Shown here piece after piece: positions 1 through 13,800 of a DNA stretch of 64,000 bases (positions are counted from its first letter, which is position 1; each line of letters opens with the position of its first letter). Made by a program: the position numbers and the translations under genes. Below the pieces are notes generated by a model. The model saw only the letters and a program-made list of their open reading frames with translations, did not search any database and was not told where the DNA came from. This stretch comes from Antedon mediterranea (Eukaryota; Animalia; Echinodermata), in the NCBI RefSeq assembly GCF_964355755.1, contig NC_092670.1, positions 23,298,795-23,362,794 of the forward strand, written 5' to 3'.

Positions 1-2043
1 AACATTTGAATACCGAAAGGTCAAAGGTCGAAGCTTATACACATGTCTTTTGTTGGAGTAGAGAACGCTATATCACCAGAGGGATTGTAGGCAGGAAGCT
101 GACCTAGCATTTCAAGCCTACTTTGAATGCATATAAAGCGTACATTTAAGGCTAGTCGATTGTGTTTCCTTCCTGCAGCTAATTTCATACTGATTGTGAA
201 GCTAAATACGTCTGAGCTGATGTACAATCAAAGAGCATTTCATGGCTTGATATGCTGCTGTACAAACCACTTTAGGCTAGCCAACTGATTGTGCCTAGTG
301 GGCTAATGAAAAATTAGCACTGCATTTCACAATCTATATTCACATTTAGTAGAATTCTGTGGCTATAATCGTCGCTAACAATTTGGATACACATTTTTAT
401 TTTAATCTAATTCCTTTTTTCCAATTCTATCTAAAGCTCTGTCTACACTATCAAATATCAAACTAGTTTGACGAAAAAAGTATGTCAATCCAAGTATGGT
501 AGTGATATGCTCAAATAATATAGTAGAAAAAAAGAAAAGAATATTCTTAATGTATTAACTTAGGTGAAATACTATACTGTATTATTTAAATATCCCAATC
601 AGGGAGAAAAACTCTAGGTTAACTGTAGGCCGACAGCAGCTATCATTGTGTCTTTAATGTTAATGCAAATAAGCAAGCTGTTTTGATTAAAATGCAAGAT
701 CATTAATTAAATGTAATATTTTTTTATTCATTTAATTTTAAAAGACACTTCACCGTGGCACTCACAAAGACTGTGGTGTGGTACAAAAAAACATCAACAT
801 CATCAATAGTATAACTTTACTGTAGAAATAAGTACAGTATAAGAGTTAAAAGAAAAGAAATAAATTTAATACCATAAATACAAAGAAACGCAAGAGATAA
901 AATAAATAACAAAAGATTTGTTTAGGTCTGATTGCAAGCAGCTCTAATTGTTTGTAGTTGTATGTAAACATATTCTGATACTTTATTCATATGATTGTAT
1001 ACATTTTTTTTGCAATTCTCACTCAAACAAATTGAAAACAAAACATAGATTAAAATGTTTAATACTGGTCACCATTCATATTTTTATATTACTATTATTG
1101 ATTATAAATAACACCTGCCCTAATACTAGACAACATGTCTAGTTAAATAGCAAAATGATGGCAACAATAATACATGAATAAAATATTTCAAAGCTTCAGG
1201 GACATTTTACAGTTTTTGTTGTTTTTTCTTTCAATTATGCGATAGATAGGTTAGGTTTAAAAGTAATGGATAAAAGTATTTAAGAAAAGATTTCTTCATG
1301 TTTTTATGAATATTGTTGCATGGTTTAAGTAGTATTGTCCCCCAAAAACATGAAAAATTCAAGTTAATCACGTCTGTCGAAAAAAAAAGGAAGAAAAACT
1401 AACGGTTTCACTTATAAAATAACATAATAAATGGTTAAATTCAACCAAAATTTCATTGGCTGGAAGCCAATTTGACCATTTTTTTGCTTTAAATTACAGT
1501 TTTTTCACGTAAATAAATTTTGTTTAGAGTCAATTTTTGGTCAAAGTGGATAACTAGAATGCGACATTAAAATGGCATTCAACAATCAAATTATTTTTCA
1601 GAGCGACATACATCTTTAAACTAAGGCTGTTTAGGTTTCTGCCTTTTATCCGCTTTAATTAATAAGTTATAAAAAGTTTTCTAAAGTCATTGTTACTGTT
1701 AGAAATGTTATTAGTATTTACAGTCCTCTCCTGGTTTTATAGCATAGGCTAGTAAAAATGCATGTCATCTGCCTTTGTACATTGATAGAAAGTCTATAAA
1801 GACCATGCGATTATTGATTGATTTATGTTATAATTATTACAGCCTTCCCTTCGTTAAAAATGCATAGGTAGCTAAGACTAGGATGTAATTGATGCATCTA
1901 GTGTTATTTAAAAAAACTCTTGACTGACAATGTTTGCTAGGCAACACCGTTATAAATAGCCAACATCGACCAAACAGAATGAGATTTTGAATGGCTGGTT
2001 TGTAACATTCATTTCGAAACCAATGCATAAAATATGAGTGTTA

Positions 2044-2380
2044 GGAGTGGAGTTGTAACTTGATGGTTATGATGCTTGGCTACCACTCCAAGGGTCCTGG
2101 GTTCAAGTCCCGTCACATGTCAGGATTATTTCTAAGAAGAAAATTACAACTCCACTCCCAAAGACTTGTAATAAGACTTTGTTTATGTAGAGCATTATGA
2201 TGGTAGTTACTATAATACTATAAAAGCTTCTAAATATGGTAATATTGGAGCTATAGCTTGGTGGTTAACGTGCTTGCCTTCCAATTCCAAGGTTCAATAC
2301 TGACCTAGTGTCTGGGTTGTCCAGTGTAACTCACAACTCTTTCAACTTCATTCCCTAAGCCTCAAATGAGACTAATAATT
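2044..2380 (+). mobile_element. Two adjacent degenerate tRNA-derived SINE heads
   Basis: A-box-like taacttgatgg / tagcttggtgg and B-box ggttcaagtcc / ggttcaatac. No acceptor stem, so not a tRNA. A related degenerate copy lies near 38712-38780. Confidence 0.55.
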
Positions 2381-5052
2381 AATTAGTGACAGTTTTAATT
2401 TTGTTTTTACAAGCCCTTTAATAATTGTTTCAGCCTAAAAAAAAACACTTTTGATTGACTAAACTAACTGTGAAAAACTGGGCTTACTGTACATGGGAAA
2501 CACAATATCACAAGTAATGTCCAGGCTGGGATTCTTACCATTTATAATTTTTTTGTAATCTGACATGACAATAAAATATCAACCAAACATTAAATAAAGT
2601 AAGTTTGTAAGCATTATGAATAATATAAATGATTGAAAAGCTATGTGAAAAATTTGTATAACATTTATTTTTGAGAAAAAATTATTAGATTTGCATGTTT
2701 ATTAGGCCTTAAGCCTTTGATTTTGCATATTTTTGTTTTGCTTGACATGGTTTAGGCCAGGACTTGAGCCTAGAGTTTAAGTAACTAGCCTACATATAGT
2801 CAATGAATTACAATGTATTGAATATTTTAATTTATTTGGAATATTTTTTTAATTGTAATTCTACTAATTGAAAACACACTAAGTAAACAAACTAACAGTC
2901 TGCAACGACAACAGAGTTAAAGAAGCAACCAAAACATGTCAACGCTACTGTACTACTGCAGTATGCTGCAGAACCTTGGGCAATTATAAAACACAACAGG
3001 AAGCCTGATATTCCTGCAGGAAATCATGATATAAATGGTAAAAGCAATGATCAACAAACGTAAAAAAACTTAATATCTAGACAGGATGCTAAGAACAACC
3101 CACGTAACTATTCATTCATAAAAATGAAATTTAAAAAAAATAAACCAAAAAAAATACCGATATTTCATATTAATTTATAACCAAACTCTACTGCTGGAGT
3201 GTCAAGGTCGTTTAGTTTCAGCTATGCATATTAAAATTGGGATCCTATTAAATTAGGGTCAAATAACATTAATATATAAATAGTATTAATATAAAGTCAT
3301 ATAGAATACAAAAATAGGCGTGACAACAACAGCTTTCTTAACTGTTGGCATTCTATTAATAACATTAACACAAAATGGATGTACTGTATGTTGCTGATAC
3401 TATCTCTTGTTCAATAACCCTATCAGCTTGTGGTGTCGGCCACCGACTATCAGTGCAGCAGCAGCAATGCCACAATATTATTAACCAACACAACAAAAAT
3501 CATTCATTTAACAACTTACCTTTTAGATTTCAAACTAAATCTTGTCTGCTTATTTTGGAATGTAAAATTATTTCAGCTATTGTGATTACACAAAACACTG
3601 TTAGTACAAAATACTTGGCTTTTTTGCAAAGTAAAATGCTTGCTTTTTCTACAACACACAAGTGTTTGTCAGTCTTGTCAGTATAATGTTCAACCCATAG
3701 GCAAATTAGCTTCACCTTTAACCTTTCAAGTGTAAATAGAGGGCTCACTTGAAAACTTTAAAAAGAAATCTATATATTTTTTAATGAGGAAGTAAAATCT
3801 CTGCTTAAAAAAAAATTTAAAACCATGCAATAACAATTTATGTCTTCCAAATAGGGACCATTTGGAAGACCAGGAATTTCCAAATTTTAAACTAAAAAAG
3901 CATATTACTAAGCAACAATCTAAAGGTACATTTTATTTTTCTGCAATGGGGATATAATTAATTATGTTATTAAGTATTAATTATTATAAACTAAACTTTT
4001 CATTATACAGAATTTCTATGTTTTTTCTTAAAACAAATGATAATAAATGATACTTGACTTGACTATTTGCCATGTAAAAATGGACGAGATAAAATACATT
4101 AGAATATATTAAAAATACATTTAAACTACTGGAAAAAAGGACATTGCAATATTTAAAATACTGAATTACTGTAAAAAAATGAATTATGTTTGGACAAATG
4201 ATTTTAAACGTGGTGGTGTAACTCTCACCAATTTGTTAATAAATTCATTGTGTATATAATGGGTGAGAACAGTTTTTCAAAATGCAATTAATTTTCCTTA
4301 AAGTTTGATTGGATTTGTTTTTTTTAAATATAATATATAATATTAATATAATCAACTCCCCATTTTATATAAATAATTATCACATTTATATGAAGGATAC
4401 TGTATATTTTATGCTTAACTGTTAACTTATTCACTTTATTCATTATCCATTTTGTGAGTCAAACAGATCCAAAAGATACAATTTATTAGTTATTTCTAGT
4501 ATAAAATGTCAATCAATTAGTATTGCTATTCTCTAGGTAAGTTGAAAGTTAAACATACAAGGAGGATGCAATGGGTATAATCTATAGTGTCAAAATGTTA
4601 ACACAATGGTCTCTAGAAATTGGAAATAATAAAAATAATATCATTAGGATTATAAAAACACTGTTGTGTGTTTCACTTATGACAGGGTTGTCCTTGGTTG
4701 GTGTACCGATATTGACAACAGCAGTTAGTCTCCATTTGAATAATTTAGTCCAATACAGATACAGTACTGTACTAACAGTACTAACTAGTAACTGATCAAT
4801 CCCTGTACTTGAGTGTTGTCACGCATGACTAGGTATTCAATAAGCAAATCATTACCATTAGTAATGCACTGCACAATATAGTATGCAATAACATAATTGT
4901 TTTTATTGTTGCTAATCTAATTTCATATTAATATATCATTGTTCAAATGTATTTTTAGAGTGCATTGAAATCTTTATGGTGTATTATAGTTGATAAAAAC
5001 AAAACAGTAACTGCTATTAAAATGTTAGTCATGTATTCAAAATTTCTGCTAA

Positions 5053-5856
5053 TTTTTAGTCGCGTGGAAGCGACTCTATAGTTCACTATGTCGGTCGGTC
5101 TGTCTGTCTGTCGGTCTGTCTGTCGGTCTGTCTGTCTGTCTGTCGGTCCGGTATCACTATGCGTTTTATCGCTTTATGACCTTATCTTGATATCAGTTTA
5201 ATCTAGCTAAGTCAATTTTTCACAGAATATTCCTTATGGCCAGGAATCGATGTGGTTATGTTTTCACGGTGCGCAATAAAAAATGACGTGGTCTACGCAC
5301 GATTTAACGAAATCACGTTTGTAATCATATCTTAACAACCATGAATCACAGTTAAATAAAATTTGGTACTCATAAATTTCAGGGCATAAATCATCATATG
5401 GCAATACAATTACGTGCGTAGCGCATGTAACGCATGCGTAAGCGCGCTTAAAATTTTCGAAAAATTTATTTTCGATGAAATAAGAGTACGTTTCAGGCAA
5501 TTTTAAGCGTTTACAAAATTGCCATGAGTGCGCAGATTTTTGCGCGCGCACTGCGCGTTAAATGTTATTGCGCACTCTTCTTGCCCGATTTCTGTTTTCT
5601 TGACTTACTTTTCAACTCGAAATTACGTTATACGAGCACGTCAAAAGTGACAGGCTACGCACGTGTAAATTAAAAAAATATAAATGTTTTTAAACATTTC
5701 AACATTTTTAAACATGTTCAGTAATTTCGGTCAGTATAGTTCACTATGTCGGTCGGTCCGTCTGTCTGTCGGTCTGTCTGTCTGTCGGTCTGTTTGTCTG
5801 TCGGTCCGGTATCACTATGCATTGTAGCACGCGACTTAATGGCTGTTGGCCTTGTT
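5053..5856 (+). mobile_element. Helentron-associated (DINE-1/HINE-like) non-autonomous element
   Basis: T-run start, subterminal IRs agtcgcgtg / cacgcgact, (GTCY)n microsatellites (duplicated at ~5090 and ~5750), 3' hairpin ggctgttggcc followed by ttgtt. Confidence 0.8.
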
Positions 5857-5859
5857 TCT

Positions 5860-6182
5860 TTAAAGATTTATTCTCTCCCAAAAACATGAACAATTAAGAT
5901 TTATAAAATCAGATTTTAAATACGCCAGTTTGCAGTTTTAATAAAGTTATTCAAAAACCCCCCAAAAAAATAATTATTTCACTTATAAAATGACAAAAGA
6001 AACGGTTAATTTTAACCAAAAACCATTGCCTGACAGACAATTTAAGTATTTTTGGCTTTGAATTACACTTTTTTTCAGGTAAAAATTTTTTTTTTCGATT
6101 AAGTTTTTGGTCGAAGTGAATAACTAATATATGTGACATTTTTTAAAAAAGGCATATTTTTTAGGGGGACAGTATATCTTTA
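5860..6182. mobile_element. Kolobok-like MITE, family K copy
   Basis: ttaaagatttattctctccc...ggggacagtatatctttaa; interior shared with the other K copies. Confidence 0.7.
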
Positions 6183-7895
6183 AAAATTCATTACATGAAT
6201 AATACTTTACTAAGAAACATTATTTTTGCTCGGTGATGTGGGTATGATCAGCTTTAAACAAATAAGCTAATTTTCGGGTTTTAATTTCTATACCAAAACG
6301 TGTACTGTAAATCACTTGATCAAATTGAAATTATTCTCAGTTGTGCAATACAGGATATAAACTGGTAAATTACGATTATGATTTATTAAATTGTGATTTA
6401 TACTGTAAATGTACATAAAATCCTATCCAGCCAATAAAAAAAAGAGTTTGGAATTTCCCAGGTACAATAAATAGTAGTATGATGTTTATTTAGAATATGC
6501 TAATGTGGCTTTCGTTCAATAAGCACACACAATAGATAAAGCACAGACACAACAAGCATAAATATGTCGCATAATTGAAAAATAAACAAATGCTAAGGGA
6601 TGGGTTGCTATAAAACATCAAAAGAATTTTTGTTCCCACAGTACAACAATAATGGTTTGGGTTTTTTTAAGAGGGGCTTTACTATTAGTATCTGTTTTTG
6701 ATGTACAATCAACACGAGGATCTTACTTAGTCAAGTAACTGTATTCCATCACGCAACACAGCGAAGATGATATTAGGGATTATCCCAGTGTTCTCGTTCA
6801 TATCATTCCATCGCCTGGGTGCCATTGCCTGGGTGGGGGAGAGAGCTTGCTATTCATATTCCCCTTCCCCCCCCCCCCCCCCCACCAGAAGCCATAGTGG
6901 TCAATTTTTAGATGGAAAATGAGAGAACAACAAGTGGAATTGATTTTATTATAGAGTCAAGTATTGGTGACATAAAAACATACCTACAATCAATTGGGGG
7001 AAAATATGGGTATTGTATGTACAGTATACTGCCATTGCTCCAATAATAAGTATAATTGTTATGCTGCCAAGTGACAACGTCTGATTGCTGAATTAAAACT
7101 ATCACAATATAATCAGTGTACCCTGTAGAAGCGCCTTCCCACTCTACAATATATTGTAATGGGAGGTGATTCTTCTAAGACTAAAACTCAAGACATATTG
7201 CAGACAATAACGTCTGTAAAATCACTCCTTTTCACCTACATTCTTTGAGAAGCATTACAAATAGAAAACTGGCTTTTTTTCCTGCAAATAAAGATGACTT
7301 TGGTTTGTAAGTTATAGTTATTATATATACAGATTTGCTTTTAATCTATACTGTAAGTTACAACATAGAAGGCAATGTTTTGACAACACAAGTTTTAGAA
7401 AGAGAACTTTACAAGTTTCACATTTGTAGAGTGGGAGAAAATAAATTATGCTGGGTGAAAAGGCCTTCAAATAAATTTTAAAATGGGTGAATAAAGAGCA
7501 CTGAATTAAACAATGATCAACGAACAGAAAGAGAAAGTTGGCTGTAACTAAACTATCAAGACGGAAATAAACGCTATTTTAGTGAAATTAATGGGCAGCA
7601 ATATAATATTATTTCAGGGGGAGGAGGGACACTTGATTGAACAAATTCATCCTTAACTAAGGTTACCTTATTGGACTTTATTGGATGTCAAATCAGTATC
7701 AATAAGTTAAGTTGTGGGAGGGGTGCGGTTCTTACTGGGTAAAGGAAGGTAGAACCTTTATCCCCGACATACACTTAGGATATGGGGAGCAGTGCTTAGA
7801 TTAATGTCTCTGGTTAATACATGGTATCAAAAGCATATGTAGAAAGACATTTTAGGAGAAAGAAGGACTTAAAATTAACTATGTAAAGATCTTAC

Positions 7896-10800
7896 CTCAG
7901 TGGTCCTGTCTGGATGGTGGTTCAAAGCTAAATTTTTATAAGCCCACAGCAAGTCTTCTGTAAAACGAAAAAGACAAAAATCAGATTTAATGAATTATCC
8001 ACTATCATCAAGACAGAAAACAGTAATTCCAATGAACAGATTCAACACAAAATATTTTATACTGTATTGAATATCAGGTTGGTACTTTACTGCATGTTGC
8101 TACACTTTATATTGTTTGTAACCAGACTTGGTTGGGTAACTACGAGTTTTACTTGTCCAGATGTAGAAATTGTACTGGTACTAGTGGGAGTTAGTGCATA
8201 TTTTCTTACTAGCCCATGGGCTAATAAAAGGATATTATTGGCTAGCCTGTCATTGTTTTTTGCCAACAATAGGTTGCTCAAGTATGATATTACTAGTCCA
8301 GATGTAGAAATTATACTGGTAATGTGAATTGGTACATATTTTATCTAGCCCATGGGCTAATAGAAGGATATTTTGGTTAGCATGTAGTAGCATGGCTAGA
8401 CTTAAACTTAAACTTAGCCATGGAGAAATTAGCCAAAATGTGCCTGGATTATATTCAGCACAGGTTCACTGAAAATGGGTTTGTTGAATTTAGAGTCTAG
8501 ACCAATTGTTGCCAATATGGTATAAAAAATGTTGACAATAAGCCAACAAAAATCATCTCTCCACCAGGAGAGGGCAGAAAAACATAGTATTAAATATTGC
8601 TCAATAAAATGATATTTTCAAAAATAATAATTTTAAATTAATAATAATTGCGAAGTCAATATTATCTTAAATAATAAATAAAAAATAGGTTTGATTCATG
8701 TTGTGATTTGAAAATATATATAATGCCTACCCCCCCCCCCCCCCTTACCATAATTGGTCTTATTATAATAAAAGTAAAACAAGTAAAATCCATTTTCAAC
8801 TATCTTTAAAGATGCATTATTTCATTCCTTCCATAGTTTTATGAATTATGTTGGTAATATGGAAACTACAAAGATGATACTGTAAATCAAATTAAATATT
8901 GCACCTGGTTTATAGTACTTGGACAATGAGGAAGAACTTCAGCATTATGTAGTAAAGTGCATTTTGTTTAATTAATAAACACAGTTCATTTTAGATCTGT
9001 AAAAGTTATTAATGTACTGTAGTCTCAGGGGGCGTAGGTCCAAAATTCAGAGAAAATTTGTGGGTGGAATTATTATTTATTTGTTAGCACAGTAATTTAT
9101 TAAATTTAAATGGTGTATCAGTAGATATAATAAATTAATGGTTTTGTCTCTTTTAATTAATAACCATTTTTAAGAGCAAGTACAAAGGTCAAATGTCAGG
9201 ATAGCTTGAGGCCTTGATGAGTTTAATTAATAGGTTACTATTTCCTATTATTATTAACTGCAGCTAAAAAGTCAGGGTTTAGTAATACTGTGGTACAGAT
9301 TACTGTAGCCACTGATAATACCAGAACATAACAACTACTGTACACCCCTTAATTATAAAAAGCCCCGGGATAGAGGCCTGGCTGCAATTTATATTCGTAC
9401 CTAAGTTGCGGACTCCTTATGTGAAAGATAGCCGCACTACTTCATAATATAACTAAACCTAACCCTCTAAATGATCTCTTCTGTCACTATAAAGTAAAAA
9501 GAAGTTGCTCATGTGATTCGAACTTCATACATCGACATGCGAAGGCCATAGTCTAATCTACTCGACCACAGTCACAAACGACCCGACAGAAAGCGTTTGC
9601 ATTATCGAATTGTAGTTAGGTCAATCGTTACATCACACCTTACTGTATGGATATGACTAATGAATATTCATGTTTATTTTGTGACGTTTCATGAGGGGTT
9701 ACTTACAAAAACAAGATGGTGTGTCAGTAAGTAACATGGGGTTGGATGGTTGGTTTTGCTCACTGGTTCTATACTCACACACAGCATAACCCTTTACTAA
9801 TATACACAGTATGCTCTCTAGAATTCAATAATTAGTTCAATAACTACAGTACGGTAAACAATAATTTACAAAACACAATCAATACCATTAAGAGATTTAA
9901 ACAATGTACAGTATTCCTTAAGCTCTGTATACTCTACACTATCAAACTTAGTCTGGGCTCCTGACGGAGTTTCGTCTTAATATTAGTAAAAATATAAATA
10001 TTTTTGCACATATGGCGCTTCATACGTGTATTACTACAGTTTGGATACTCTGGGGAAGCACGCACAAGTCACATGGTTTGACACCAAGAATTCTTGGTGC
10101 ATACGATTATCCAGTTTTATCCAGATTATTCAGCCGAATGCCATTGGCTACTCACCCGTACGCCGTTTTACTATTCATATTTCAGAATTTAAAAGACTCA
10201 ACAACTAAGATGATGCGCATGCGTTATGTTACGTTTAGACAATGTGTACTTTGGGTACATTGATGACAATTTCTGAAGGCTAGAAATGATTTTATATGCC
10301 TAGTAGTCTGGTAAACATTTGATGGGATTTTTCCCGAGAACATGAAAACTCGTCTTGATATGATAGGCTAGCTTCTCCGCAAATCAAACATTGAATGGAT
10401 CATTTAATATCATGCAGAGATAATTTGATTTAATTCCCACCCAGACCCTGTGCTGTTCTGTGTAGTGGTGTACTATAGTCTGGTTGTGTGCCGGTGGTGG
10501 CATGTACCTTATTGGTGTTTTATTTGGCAGGTCATACGTACGAGTTGAGTAGGCCTACGAAGGAGGCCTAGGCTAGGACTAAACAATCATTAAACAAAAC
10601 AACTTGGCAACACGATTTTATATTTCAACAGTTGTTCAGTCTCGATCGTACATTTATAACTGTACGTACTCAATCTTTTTCATTTTGAAACAAAATGATC
10701 ATTGGTTGATTCGAAATCCATATTTACATAACGCCCCCCATATAGCCAAATACGGTATGATGTACGTCATTCTTATCGGATATTTGCGGTCTGCAAATCG

Positions 10801-13800
10801 ATTTCTATACGTGTTTCACAAGTCTGTATTTTCAGACAAAAATCGAAATAAAACAAATTTAAAAAAAGACAATGAATACAGACTTGGGGCAAGTCTATAT
10901 CAAACTTTATGTGACAAAAAAATGTGATGTGCCAAAATCTGGACATGATTACATAAGTACCACATTTGGACATACACCTATATTTGGATACATCACACTT
11001 TCTTTGTTAAACTAGTTTGATACTAGTTTAGGTGGGAACACATTTGGTAGCATGATTTAGCCTCTTTTTATTACAGTTACTATTTTAAACATACTGTAAG
11101 TGTAATAACACCTTTATGTACCTCACCCAACAATTGCAGAATAATCATAATTATAAATAAACATTTTTCATTAAAAAAGCTATCAGTCAAAATTAATACC
11201 TAACATAAACGATGTTTTTATTACAAGGTTTTATGACCTGTAGGTCAATCCAAAAAGTAAACATACAACAAATATATCTTACATCAGATTACACAACTTA
11301 CTTAACTGACTATATGACCTGACATCATCAAAGCACGGACTTGTAGAGGTTTAAATGACTCGGGGAGCTTTACAGGAAAAGGAAGAACCGACAGACAGGA
11401 AAAGACACATAATTTGATTGCGTCTTCCGCTAGGGACTTAAAAAGACCAGCTCAGTGTGCGAACAAAGGGCCGCTGTAGGACCGACAACTTCTCTCCTTA
11501 AAATCATATCAATAATATACTGTATTTTTGTTATCAAGATATTTGTTTTGTTTGATTTCTTCAAAAAATGATTGATAATGTTTTCATGAGATAAGCGGAC
11601 AATAAGCTAATTTCATTTGCAGCTATTTCCTCTTTATAATTATACATTAACAAATATTGCAGTAATATGGTAAATAAACATACTGCACTATTAAAAGATC
11701 ATGGCATGTAATGTAACACTTTGTGAGGTGTGGTACTTGATTAACTGTGGTAGTTATTTCAGGCACTGACTGCAGCAGAAAACAGTTATTACAGTAGTAT
11801 TACATTGAAAAAATATATATATTTTTGTTTTAATGGAGGCTTTTCGCTCATGATCTAATGATGTCATCTTATAGTAGATCCCCTGAGATTAGGTGTGTCC
11901 AAAAGTAAATTCATTTAACTAAAATGCTGATCATCAATATCATTGCAAATTTGAGAAACAACATTTTATCATTTGACATTGTAGTTTTGTGGAACTAGCT
12001 CAAGGCCATCATCAAATAGATAAAATAGTCATATAGCGTAACAAAACAGTCCTGTGACAAATAACTACTGTAGATTTCAGATACGTAGTGTAAACTACAC
12101 TAAACTTAATAAAAATACATTAAAAAGTATTTAAAAATGCATGTCTTTTTTTTTTCATTTTATTGCAGACATTCCTATTTCTGGTATTTGAATATTTTTG
12201 ACAAAGAAATCATGCAAATTTATACTGTATATCTAGTACTTGGAAAGATTCTATTGTGTTACTTGGTATCAATATAGTGTATTACAATGTGAATGTAACA
12301 AAGACGCATTATTTGTACAAGGTATACTATAGTACTGTCACCTTTCCTAAAAATAAACCTGAAAACATGCCCATAAATCAGGGTTAAAAATACACCCTAG
12401 AAAACAATTTCCTAGTAAGTTAGTAATCGTTTTTTTTAAATAATTGATAGTTGAAAATTTCAAAACTATCTAACGTTTGGCTGTTTGTAATTTAGAAAAG
12501 TAGCAATTTGCTAGTACAGTAGTAGTAGTGTAAATATTCGCTTTTTAATATTTGTAATGCTAGCTAATGTTTGCTGGTTGTAAATTTAAAAAAATAGGTA
12601 ATCAGGGGTTGCATTAAGGTTTTAAGCTCTGGCTTTCTAGAGCTATATAGGTCATTTAAACTAGTTTACAGACACATAAATATATGCTTAATTTGAAATA
12701 AATATATTTATTTTTATTGCATTTATGTATACTAAATATTTGAGAAAAAAAACCCTGCATATTTGTGTTTAAAAAAAAATACTAATTACAAAAAAATAGC
12801 ATAACAAAAACAACATATAAACGCACGAAACTTTTTTGGCCCGACGTATTTAGCAATTATTTTACTCCCATTTGTTATGTACTTTATTAATTTAAAATGC
12901 GTGGTTCCTATTTTATGACGTTAGGAAGTTCAATATATATTATTAATAATAATAATATAGGGCCTAGGCTAGGTCTATTATTAGGGAGTCGGAGAGGCAC
13001 GCGTCCCAGAGCAGTATTTTGCTTTCCACGATACGTTACTATGCGCGCGATTTCTTTGACGTGCTATTTTTCTTCACTAGGCCTAGTAAACAATTTTTGA
13101 TTATCAATTACTCTGAAAATAAATATACTATGAAAAAATGACTTTGGTGTCTAATTATTAATCTAAAAGATCATAAAAGTTTGATTTCTAATGCATCATA
13201 TTAACTATATGATACAGTTAAGGGTCATTCCATACCAAATCACACAAAAAAAAATGACATTTTAAACCCTACTTTCTTCAAATTTGCTCAAATTTGGTTT
13301 TTGGGTTATTTTAGCTAAAAAACCTGACATTTTTAATTTGAGCGCCATGCGACCAACGGTTCGCGCGCTACGTGCCATCGTTTCTTCGCGATTTTGCGCA
13401 AAATCGACGCGGCGGGCTATACTTAAATGACTGCATCTCGGTAACGTGTGGACGGATTTTGTGGTGACGGGTATCTTTGGAAAGCTAATTGTTAAAGCTA
13501 TCCAAATCTTCTATTTACTTTTGAGATAGAACTATTTAAAAAGATGTATAACTTATTCTATTCCATTTGACCTAGGATTTGACCTTGTGGGACAAATTTT
13601 TTTTAGATGAAATTTTGTGAAAATTATCTCCTACACGATATTTACATAATATAAAAAAATTGGAGATATATCATTTTTTGTTTGCTTTCTAGCTCATTTC
13701 AAAGTTGGCTTACTTCAACAATTCTGGTATTTCTATACATTGTAGATGTGTTGTCGACATTATATCAATACCAAATTTACCTCTTAGTCTTAATCGCAAG

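Noticed and set aside
2050-2120. Functional tRNA gene
   Set aside because: B box present, but no acceptor stem or clean cloverleaf; treated as SINE-derived. The same applies to similar segments near 9500-9575 and 38712-38780.
7230-7290. Candidate third exon of the J-domain gene (ctttatttgcag...gtgaaa on minus)
   Set aside because: The required phase-0 frame hits TAA after 8 codons and shows no J-domain helix III similarity.
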